Made by a program: the position numbers and the translations under genes. A DNA stretch of 64,000 nt from Mycoplasmatota bacterium (GTDB lineage Bacteria > Bacillota_I > Bacilli_A > Izemoplasmatales > Izemoplasmataceae): assembly GCA_030600605.1 (NCBI GenBank), contig JAUVLT010000002.1:259-64258 (forward strand), read 5' to 3'. Below the pieces are notes generated by a model. The model had not been told where the DNA came from and made no database searches. It was given only the letters and a program-made list of their open reading frames with translations. Below, in pieces: positions 30,257-38,670 of this stretch. Position 1 is the first letter of the stretch. The number at the start of each line of letters is the position of its first letter.

Positions 30257-31939
30257 TTATTTCTTATATTTATATATTAAAGCCTCATATGGTAAAAGCT
30301 TTAATTCATTAGATAATTCTCTTTTAATATAATTATACATTATATTTTGGTATCCTGCTATATTTATATCTAAGTTAACTTTTATTTTCTTTGATTTAAA
30401 ATTAGCGAGTACTAGAAATTTCGCATTAACTGTCTCGTTAATATATGTGAAAGTATTCTCATTTTCAATATCAATAAAATGAAGAATACCGTCATTTAAC
30501 TTTTCTTCTTTTCGTAATCTTATTAATTGTTTATAGGTAGAAAATATAGAATTAATATCTGCTTGTTGTTTTTTCAAATTAATGAAAGTAGAATTTCCGT
30601 TGATATTCATCCAAGGATTAATATCGCTAAATCCAGCATACAGTGAATCATCCCATTGGAAAGGACTTCTTGCATTATCACGAGAACGATCTCTTAAAGC
30701 TTGCATTGCAATTTCGTGAGTAGCACCAAAGCTTAGAAAGTTTTCATACTCAGTATATACTTCGACATCTCTAAAGTCATTTAATTCTTTATAGTCAACA
30801 TTTGTCATTCCGATTTCTTCACCCTGATAAATTATCGGAGTGCCTGGCATCATATATAAACTATACGCAAGCATTTTCCCCGATTCAGTATGATAAACCA
30901 AATCATTCCCGTAATGACTTATGATACGTGGATGATCGTGATTATGCCAATAAATTAAATTCCAGCCATCACCATTCAACATTCTAAACCATCTGTTGAA
31001 ACTATTTTTTATATGATTAATATTTATTTTCCCTTTTGACCACTTACCAGGAGTAAGATGATTTTCACCATCGTAATCAGCCCAACAATGTCCGAAATGA
31101 ATCAACATATCAAACTCATTGCTTTCAAATCCACAATATGCCAATGCTTCTTCTTTTGTAGCTCCTCCAGCTTCTCCCATCGCCATAACATCGTGAGGAC
31201 CAAAAACTTCAATCCCAAATTCCTCTAAATACTTATGATGTTCTGGTAATCCTGAAAAGTTCTCATATCCTGGATGTCCTTCAGGAAAATCCCAATTTTT
31301 TTCTAAATGATTCGATGCATCAACTCTAAAGCCATCAACTCCTAGATTGATCCACCATTTCGCAACATTTTTCATATCTCTTTTCATATCTTGGTTATGC
31401 CAATTTAAATCCGGCATTTTCTTACTAAAAATATGAAGATAGTATTCATCAGTCGGAGGATTATATTCCCAAACAGGTCCCCCAAACCAAGAACGCCATT
31501 GAGTTGGCATTTGTCTTTCTCCATTTTTATCATATTTTGGCTTTTGCCAAATATAGTAATCATGATATTTATGATGATCTAAATGAACTGGATCTTTTGC
31601 TGCTTGAAACCACTCATGTTCATCAGAGGTATGATTTAATACAAGATCAAAGATTACTTTCATATTTTTAGAATGTGCAATTCTTATAAAATCTTTAACA
31701 TCTTCAATTGTTCCATAATCCTCACTTACTTTAAAAAAGTTAGAAATATCATAACCATTATCGTCCATTGGAGATTCATAATGAGGTGAAACCCAAATAG
31801 CTGTCACACCTAAATCACTTAAGTAATCCAATTTACTAATTAACCCCCTAAAATCTCCAATTCCATCATTATTAGAATCCTTAAAACTTCGTAAATATAT
31901 TTGATATATTATTGCGTCTTGCCACCATTTTCTTGTCAT
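30257..31939 (-). CDS. malL: GH13 oligo-1,6-glucosidase / alpha-glucosidase (cytoplasmic)
   Basis: WWQDAIIYQIY; GH13 regions DLVLNHTSDEH, GFRVDASNH, MGEAGG and YWHNHDHPR. No signal peptide. Confidence 0.9.
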   Translation of the reverse strand: MTRKWWQDAIIYQIYLRSFKDSNNDGIGDFRGLISKLDYLSDLGVTAIWVSPHYESPMDDNGYDISNFFKVSEDYGTIEDVKDFIRIAHSKNMKVIFDLVLNHTSDEHEWFQAAKDPVHLDHHKYHDYYIWQKPKYDKNGERQMPTQWRSWFGGPVWEYNPPTDEYYLHIFSKKMPDLNWHNQDMKRDMKNVAKWWINLGVDGFRVDASNHLEKNWDFPEGHPGYENFSGLPEHHKYLEEFGIEVFGPHDVMAMGEAGGATKEEALAYCGFESNEFDMLIHFGHCWADYDGENHLTPGKWSKGKININHIKNSFNRWFRMLNGDGWNLIYWHNHDHPRIISHYGNDLVYHTESGKMLAYSLYMMPGTPIIYQGEEIGMTNVDYKELNDFRDVEVYTEYENFLSFGATHEIAMQALRDRSRDNARSPFQWDDSLYAGFSDINPWMNINGNSTFINLKKQQADINSIFSTYKQLIRLRKEEKLNDGILHFIDIENENTFTYINETVNAKFLVLANFKSKKIKVNLDINIAGYQNIMYNYIKRELSNELKLLPYEALIYKYKK

Positions 31940-32043
31940 AATGTGTTCTCCTTAAATATAATTGAAAAATCATCGTTTTTAAAGACACTTCTATACTTTA
32001 ATTATACTACAAAATTGTCTAAAATAGTCATATTTTCGGAAAA

Positions 32044-32058
32044 ATGAAACCGCTACCA
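32044..32058. promoter_or_regulatory. cre / LacI-family operator-like site ATGAAACCGCTACCA in the divergent GH13 promoter region
   Basis: Matches the CcpA cre consensus WTGNAANCGNWNNCW at every position. Shares the half-site TGGTAGCG with the site at 53228-53241. Confidence 0.5.
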
Positions 32059-32218
32059 TCTACTTATTACATGATTTTATGTTATAATAATGTATATTTT
32101 CTTATTCAATTAATATTTATCCACAATAATACTATAATAATTGAAAAAAATGAAACATTATTCAAACATCTTTTAATATAAGAAAATAATAAAAATCTTT
32201 CTAATACGAGGTGAAACT

Positions 32219-34042
32219 ATGTTGAATTACACAATTTATCATGAAGCTAAAAGTAAGTTTGCATATATGTTTGATAAAGATACTATTCATTTAAGACTTA
32301 TAACAAGTAAGGACAAAATTCATAAAATTGAAGTTATTTGTGGAGATCCTTTTTATTTTAGATTTGAAGAATTAGAAAAAGATAAATATATTATGGTGAA
32401 AGAGTATGAAACAGAAACATACAATCATTATTTTATTGCTATAAAACCCAAATACAAGAGAATGAAATATTCATTTATAATTGATGATCAATATTTATAC
32501 GGTTCTCATGAGATAATTGACATATTAGTAAATCCTAATTCAAAAAAGAACCTTTTTAACTTTTTTAATTTCCCTTACTTAAATGAGGAGGATCTTTTCA
32601 ATGCTCCATCCTGGGTTCAAGATCAAGTGTGGTATAGTATTTTCCCAGAAAGGTTTAAGAATGGAGATAGTTCAATAAACCCAGAAAACACTCTTTCTTG
32701 GGGAGAAACTGATCGTTATTCCAATAGTCAAAGATTTGGAGGAGATCTTCAAGGAATTATAGATAAACTACAATATATAAAAGATATTGGATTTACAGGT
32801 ATTTATATGACTCCAATATTTGAAGCTGACAGTTCGCATAAGTATGATACAACTAATTATTTCAAAATTGATAAGGACTTCGGTGATAATGAAAAATTTA
32901 AAGAATTAGTTGAAAAAGCTCATAATTTAGGTATTAAAGTTATGCTTGATGCTGTTTTTAACCATTCAGGGTTTAGACACCCCTTCTTTCTTGATGTAGT
33001 TAAGAATGGTAAAAAATCCAAATATTATGATTGTTTTTATATTATCAATGGCAAATTACCAGTAACTACTATTAAACTAAATGAAAATATGACAATAAAA
33101 AAAGAGAGTGCTTCTAAATATCATCACAATCCTGATCATTTAAATTACCGGACTTTTGCTTTTACACCATATATGCCAAAACTGAATACAAACAATAAAA
33201 TTATGAAAGAACATTTAATGAAAGTTACTAAATACTGGATTGAAGAATATGATATTGATGGGTGGAGATTAGATGTCAGTAATGAAGTGAGCCATCAATT
33301 TTGGCGTGAATTTAGACAAACTGTTAAAACCTTGAAAAATGACGCTTACATTGTTGGAGAAAATTGGGATAATTCAAATCCTTGGCTTCAAGGAGACCAA
33401 TACGATGGTGTAATGAATTACGAGATATTATTCCCTATTTGGAATTACTTTGGAACAAATATTGATAATAATCCCTATACAAGTACACAATTTATGTATA
33501 AAATAAATAAAGTTCTAACAGATTATCCCAAAAATGTTTTGAAAGCTTTATATAATTTAGTTGATTCCCATGACACAACAAGAATTTTAGAAATATGTTC
33601 AAATAATATTGAATTAGTTAAACTTCCGTATTTATTCTTATTCACCTTTCCCGGTGCACCAAGTATCTATTATGGTGGTGAAATAGGACTGAGTGGTAAA
33701 CACGATCCTGACAATAGAAGATGTATGGAATGGAATTCAAGTATTCAAAACAGCAAATTGCTTAATCATATCAAGAAATTAATAAAATTACGTAATGAGT
33801 ATTGTGATTTTAAAACAACTGATTTCAGATGGTTAGCAACTAATGACAAAGACAAATACATTATATACAACAAAGGAACTCTCTACTTCATAATAAACAA
33901 TAACCCTAATTCAATTACTATCTCCTTGCCACTAGAACTTTCTAACTCTAAATTCAAAGATATTTATAATGAGACATATATTGAATTTAATGACAAATTA
34001 AAGATTAACCCATTACAGTTTTATATAATAGAAAAAATATAA
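32219..34042 (+). CDS. GH13 cyclomaltodextrinase / neopullulanase / maltogenic amylase type enzyme (cytoplasmic)
   Basis: N-terminal domain typical of the CDase group; GH13 regions DAVFNHSG, GWRLDVSNE, VGENWD and LVDSHDTTR. No signal peptide. Confidence 0.88.
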   Translation: MLNYTIYHEAKSKFAYMFDKDTIHLRLITSKDKIHKIEVICGDPFYFRFEELEKDKYIMVKEYETETYNHYFIAIKPKYKRMKYSFIIDDQYLYGSHEIIDILVNPNSKKNLFNFFNFPYLNEEDLFNAPSWVQDQVWYSIFPERFKNGDSSINPENTLSWGETDRYSNSQRFGGDLQGIIDKLQYIKDIGFTGIYMTPIFEADSSHKYDTTNYFKIDKDFGDNEKFKELVEKAHNLGIKVMLDAVFNHSGFRHPFFLDVVKNGKKSKYYDCFYIINGKLPVTTIKLNENMTIKKESASKYHHNPDHLNYRTFAFTPYMPKLNTNNKIMKEHLMKVTKYWIEEYDIDGWRLDVSNEVSHQFWREFRQTVKTLKNDAYIVGENWDNSNPWLQGDQYDGVMNYEILFPIWNYFGTNIDNNPYTSTQFMYKINKVLTDYPKNVLKALYNLVDSHDTTRILEICSNNIELVKLPYLFLFTFPGAPSIYYGGEIGLSGKHDPDNRRCMEWNSSIQNSKLLNHIKKLIKLRNEYCDFKTTDFRWLATNDKDKYIIYNKGTLYFIINNNPNSITISLPLELSNSKFKDIYNETYIEFNDKLKINPLQFYIIEKI

Positions 34043-34057
34043 ATATTAAACAAAAAA

Positions 34058-34085
34058 GGTTCAACGTAAATGATAACGTTGAACC
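34058..34085. terminator. Bidirectional rho-independent terminator closing the 7-gene operon and the neopullulanase gene
   Basis: GGTTCAACGT/ACGTTGAACC 10-bp stem with A/T runs on both sides. Confidence 0.75.
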
Positions 34086-34092
34086 TTTTAAA

Positions 34093-35259
34093 TTATTCTC
34101 CTGTAATACCTGATTTATCAATACTTTCAATAAAGTATCTTTGTACAATTCCGTACATAATAACCAAAGGCATTATTGATAACATTGTTCCTGCAAAAGC
34201 TTTTGCTTCAGTAAAATCAACATTTACAAAATCACCACCAACTGAATAATCTGCTGCGCTACCCCAAGCGGCTTGCAAGCCTTGCAATAGCATTGGAATT
34301 GTTTTGATGTTTCCATCTAAGTATATATTTGTTAAGAATAATTCATTCCAATTTACAGCGAATCCATAAGTCAATGCAATTACAAATGCTGGTACAGCCA
34401 TAGGAACAGCAATTCTAAAGAAAATACTAAGTGTATTTGCTCCATCTAAATATGCTGATTCTTCAATTTGCTTTGGCATCATTTTAAAGAATTGAAAGAA
34501 AATCAAAATGAAAAATGTTGCTTGAACTCCTTGTCCCATAAATGATGGTACCCACAAAGCAAACATTGTCCCCTTCAAACCTAAAGTACTATAAAGCTGA
34601 CTTCTAGAAATAAAGAGCAAAGTTTTTGGTAAAACATAAACCAGTAACATCAATGCTAGTATAAGTTTCTTTAATTTAAAATCAAATCTTGCAAGTCCAT
34701 AGCCAATAATTGCACTACTAAACACAGTAACTAATGTAACTGTACCTGCTACGTACAAACTATCCACATAACTTTTTGGTAAAACAAGAATAACGATAAC
34801 AATTAAACTACTAACAGCAAATAATTTCCCTTTATTTTTGAAATATATTCCCCCACCCATTACCGTAATAGGAATAATTGAAATAATAACAATTAGCTTT
34901 CTAACTTCAACCATATAAGGAGATGCAATAATCAACTCTTTATGCAAGAAAATATTAATTACCGTCTTAAAGTACGATTCATTTAGATTAAGTCCATTCA
35001 CGGCATATAAATAATTTTGGTAATAGATACTTGATGGTATCCACAATATCGTGCTATCTACTAAATCAGTATTTGACATCAGACTAATCATAAACATATA
35101 AAATATTGGATAAATAAAGACAAAAGCGAATGTAATAGATAGGAAATAAATAGCAATTTTGTATAAAACACCGTTGGCATTTCCATTACCAATTAGATGT
35201 TTCTTCCATGTTGGTATTCTATTTCTTATTTTTCTTTTAAATTCATCATATCTATTCAT
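34093..35259 (-). CDS. Carbohydrate ABC transporter permease (MalG-like) with an inserted extra hydrophobic hairpin (388 aa)
   Basis: EAA loop QIEESAYLDGANTLSIFFRIAVP. The ATG at 35257-35259 follows AAGGGAAGGG; the longer ORF-track start would overlap the upstream gene by 80 nt. About 90 extra residues with 2 hydrophobic helices sit between TM1 and the conserved core. Confidence 0.85.
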   Translation of the reverse strand: MNRYDEFKRKIRNRIPTWKKHLIGNGNANGVLYKIAIYFLSITFAFVFIYPIFYMFMISLMSNTDLVDSTILWIPSSIYYQNYLYAVNGLNLNESYFKTVINIFLHKELIIASPYMVEVRKLIVIISIIPITVMGGGIYFKNKGKLFAVSSLIVIVILVLPKSYVDSLYVAGTVTLVTVFSSAIIGYGLARFDFKLKKLILALMLLVYVLPKTLLFISRSQLYSTLGLKGTMFALWVPSFMGQGVQATFFILIFFQFFKMMPKQIEESAYLDGANTLSIFFRIAVPMAVPAFVIALTYGFAVNWNELFLTNIYLDGNIKTIPMLLQGLQAAWGSAADYSVGGDFVNVDFTEAKAFAGTMLSIMPLVIMYGIVQRYFIESIDKSGITGE

Positions 35260-35263
35260 ATTA

Positions 35264-36358
35264 TCACGCCCTTCCCTTTTTATTTGAGCGATCTCTTGTA
35301 AGTAAGAACAATAATGAAATAACAACAATTTGAAGCGATCCATATATTAATGCCATCGCAGATGCATATCCATCACGACGTGATCCATCATTCTTTGATT
35401 GCAATATTAATAAATTAATAGGATTTCCATCAAAGTTAGCTAAGAATACTACAATAAAAATAATTGAAACACTAACAGCAGGATATATCGCTGGTAAAAC
35501 TATTTTCCAAAATATACTCCAGCTGTTTGCTCCATCTATTGAAGCAGCTTCGTACAGACTCTTATCAACCTTTTGGAGCATTGCCAAGAAAATTAATATG
35601 GGCACTCCACAATACCATAGTATTTCGACGATTATTTCAAAAAGTCCAATGAATAAGTTCACAGCTAATTCCGGAATGATTGTATTAATAACATCAATAA
35701 CAAAGAAACTTAGATTTATATCCATTCCTCCATAGTTACTCATGTTTTCTAATAACTCTCCATTCAAAATAATAATTGGTAAAAAGAATATCATTCTAAA
35801 AAAGCCTTTACCCTTTATATCTTGATTTAACAACATCGCAATAATTATCGATAAAGCAATAATGACTGGAGTATAAAGTACTACTCTAGCTAAGAAGTTT
35901 TGAACTTCAAGTACAAAATCAATATCTTCAAATAAAATACGTTCAAAATTTCTTAACCCTACCCATTCATAAGTATAGTTTTGTTGGTACAAACTTACAT
36001 TATTTAAACTCATATAAACAATTCTACCAAATGGATAAAGAACTAATCCTAAGAATCCTAAGATCCATGGAGATACAAACAAATATCCTGTGATTGCTCT
36101 TTTATTAGCAAAACTTGCATTATTCCATTTATTTCTAATTATTTTTCCAATTGTCTTATCAATTACATTTTCATAAAACCATTTTGCCGGCAAGATAAAA
36201 ATATAAGATAATATTTTAATAAAGAATTTTCTTATTTCTATAAACACTTTTAATTCATACAGTTTATCAATAAATCCTACTATATTAGCTAATACTTTAA
36301 CTATGAATTCTTTTATTTTTCTAAACCCATTTACCATTATAATAATTAATTTCTTCAT
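35264..36358 (-). CDS. Carbohydrate ABC transporter permease (MalF-like) with an ~85-aa N-terminal extension (364 aa)
   Basis: EAA loop SLYEAASIDGANSWSIFWKIVLP. ATGA overlap with the upstream 771-aa gene. Confidence 0.85.
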   Translation of the reverse strand: MKKLIIIMVNGFRKIKEFIVKVLANIVGFIDKLYELKVFIEIRKFFIKILSYIFILPAKWFYENVIDKTIGKIIRNKWNNASFANKRAITGYLFVSPWILGFLGLVLYPFGRIVYMSLNNVSLYQQNYTYEWVGLRNFERILFEDIDFVLEVQNFLARVVLYTPVIIALSIIIAMLLNQDIKGKGFFRMIFFLPIIILNGELLENMSNYGGMDINLSFFVIDVINTIIPELAVNLFIGLFEIIVEILWYCGVPILIFLAMLQKVDKSLYEAASIDGANSWSIFWKIVLPAIYPAVSVSIIFIVVFLANFDGNPINLLILQSKNDGSRRDGYASAMALIYGSLQIVVISLLFLLTRDRSNKKGRA

Positions 36359-38670
36359 GATAACACCACATAACTATTCGGAGGAACCATTTCACCCATA
36401 TAAAATATTTCAACATCATTATAATTAACTAATATTTGAATAGTATTATCATATTCTACTAAGCTAACTCCTTTATCTAAGAAAATATGATTTGTCATTT
36501 CTTTGCCTATAGTAACTCCTAATCCTGGGTTTAAAAAATCATAATAATCACTGATTCTTCTTGATAAAACATCATATTGACTAATATAAACATTACTTGA
36601 ATTAGTAGTTTTTAAATCATATGTTGATCCTCCAGTAAGAATATACGAAGGAAATACTCCATATTCTACCATTCTCAATAATGATGTTGATTCATCAGAT
36701 ACAAAGTTTAAATATGGTGAATACATATCAACATATCCCCCTAACACTAATTGTAAGAAGGGAATTGATGCTGATTGAAAACTAAATTCTGACGATGATA
36801 TCGGTGCATCATAATACTCATTCACATATTTATATAAATAAGCATCCGGTAAATATATATTTGTATAAACATCATTATCTTCAAAGTATTTTAACGCTTC
36901 TATGATTTCTGACATGTTTTGTGAACTCGATACTATACCATCTTTGTAACTAGTAAATATAGCGCGATCAAATCCATTCAAAGATATTCCTTCAATATTA
37001 TACTCATTTAAATTCTTAACATCATCTTTAGCAAACTCATCATAATATCTTGTGCTTGTTACACTATGAGCATAAAACATCCAAGATAATTCAATATAGT
37101 AAATTGATCTCTTACTTAGTGTTTGAGCGTGAGATTTTGAATAATCATCATAACTTCTAACATAATCACTATAATAACTAAAAATTATATTATTTTCATC
37201 TAAAAAACTAATCATATCTTCAAAGTCATTTGATCCACCAAGTTGTCTAAAGACTTTAAATCGATAAGAATCTTCATTCATATTGTATGTTTTATATGAT
37301 GTGATTATATTCTTATATCCATCCTCTTTCATTTGAGCTAGTATTTCTGTAACTTCATTATATGTTGTTATTTCTGTTGTTTTCGCAGTTAAAATCCCTG
37401 GAGTTATTTCTGAACCAATAAAATCAACTTTTGTTGGTGTAGATGAATAAATACTTCTTCTCATATCTCCAAGTTGATCATTATCAATTAAATATTCTTG
37501 ATATGTTTTAGCAAGACCTACATAATTTGCTTCAGTACCACTCAAGAATATGTATTTTTGAACTAAATCATAATCATTTATATTTTCTTGAAAAGCAATT
37601 CTATATTGATCTTCATTTGCTCGTGATTGATATTGTTCGTATGATTCACGGTAACGATAACTAAAATAACTATTATAATAATCATTTATTAATCCCGTTG
37701 ATTTAAAATTAAATATTGCGTAATTTGCACCGGATTCACTAACAACTAAGAACCCTGTATTATCAACATCATGAACCACCCCGTAAACTGGCATAGTAAC
37801 ACGTGAAATAGGCTTAACACTCAGCGCTCTAGTTCTAAATGATTGTGACATATAACCTAAGTCAGATCCATAAACATCTAATGAAAATGATGCTTTAATA
37901 TCTGGTGATGATTCTAGTGAAATAAGTGCTCCACTTCCATCAGGTATAACAACATAACCATCTGTTTCAGATTTAGTTGAACCAAAATATGGGAAAACAA
38001 CTATATTTCTCAAAATATAGTATTGTTCTGATGAATCCCAAATATTCGGATTGTATTCCTTTATTGATTCGGCTGGAATATCAACAATCAATGTTCCATC
38101 CTCTATTGATACAATTAAATCAAATTTTATCATAATTTCTGAAAAATCAAAATCTATTTCAGCCTTAAATCCATTTGAAATATCAACAATATTAGCGGTA
38201 GCAACTCTTACATCTTTTGCCCCTTGATCATCAAATACTTCTCTTGTATCTAAATATGATTGAGATGTTGGTGTAGTTTCTTTATAAAGTTCAAGTGTTA
38301 CTCCAGACTTAATAGGATTAACAACTGAATCACTTTCCGAATAGAATCCATCAGCAAAATTATATGATGAATAAACATATCCATTAGCTTTTACTCTTAC
38401 CGCAATTGCCAGTGTTTCTTCTTCTAAGTATAACTGTAATTTATCATCTTCTGCTTTCAATTCAAAAGAAGGCGGAATCACTATATTATAAGTTAGTTCT
38501 TCTTTATTAGGAACTTCAATGTATGAGTTAGAATAGTAATCACTACTGTCTAAATCATTTCCATATCTTAACTCGTAATCAATATCCTTTGCTGATACAG
38601 TTTGAACCAACACGATTATCATTAAGATAGTTAGGGGAATAGCCCCAAGTAACAATGCTTTTTTTATCAT
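36355..38670 (-). CDS. Orphan 771-aa extracytoplasmic protein (N-terminal signal/anchor); function unknown
   Basis: MIKKALLLGAIPLTILMIIVLVQTVSA followed by a large soluble region (e.g. VIPDGSGALISLES, PVYGVVHD). ATGA overlaps on both sides. No catalytic family recognised by eye; it may correspond to a DUF family seen beside sugar ABC permeases (unverified). Confidence 0.8.
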   Translation of the reverse strand: MIKKALLLGAIPLTILMIIVLVQTVSAKDIDYELRYGNDLDSSDYYSNSYIEVPNKEELTYNIVIPPSFELKAEDDKLQLYLEEETLAIAVRVKANGYVYSSYNFADGFYSESDSVVNPIKSGVTLELYKETTPTSQSYLDTREVFDDQGAKDVRVATANIVDISNGFKAEIDFDFSEIMIKFDLIVSIEDGTLIVDIPAESIKEYNPNIWDSSEQYYILRNIVVFPYFGSTKSETDGYVVIPDGSGALISLESSPDIKASFSLDVYGSDLGYMSQSFRTRALSVKPISRVTMPVYGVVHDVDNTGFLVVSESGANYAIFNFKSTGLINDYYNSYFSYRYRESYEQYQSRANEDQYRIAFQENINDYDLVQKYIFLSGTEANYVGLAKTYQEYLIDNDQLGDMRRSIYSSTPTKVDFIGSEITPGILTAKTTEITTYNEVTEILAQMKEDGYKNIITSYKTYNMNEDSYRFKVFRQLGGSNDFEDMISFLDENNIIFSYYSDYVRSYDDYSKSHAQTLSKRSIYYIELSWMFYAHSVTSTRYYDEFAKDDVKNLNEYNIEGISLNGFDRAIFTSYKDGIVSSSQNMSEIIEALKYFEDNDVYTNIYLPDAYLYKYVNEYYDAPISSSEFSFQSASIPFLQLVLGGYVDMYSPYLNFVSDESTSLLRMVEYGVFPSYILTGGSTYDLKTTNSSNVYISQYDVLSRRISDYYDFLNPGLGVTIGKEMTNHIFLDKGVSLVEYDNTIQILVNYNDVEIFYMGEMVPPNSYVVLS

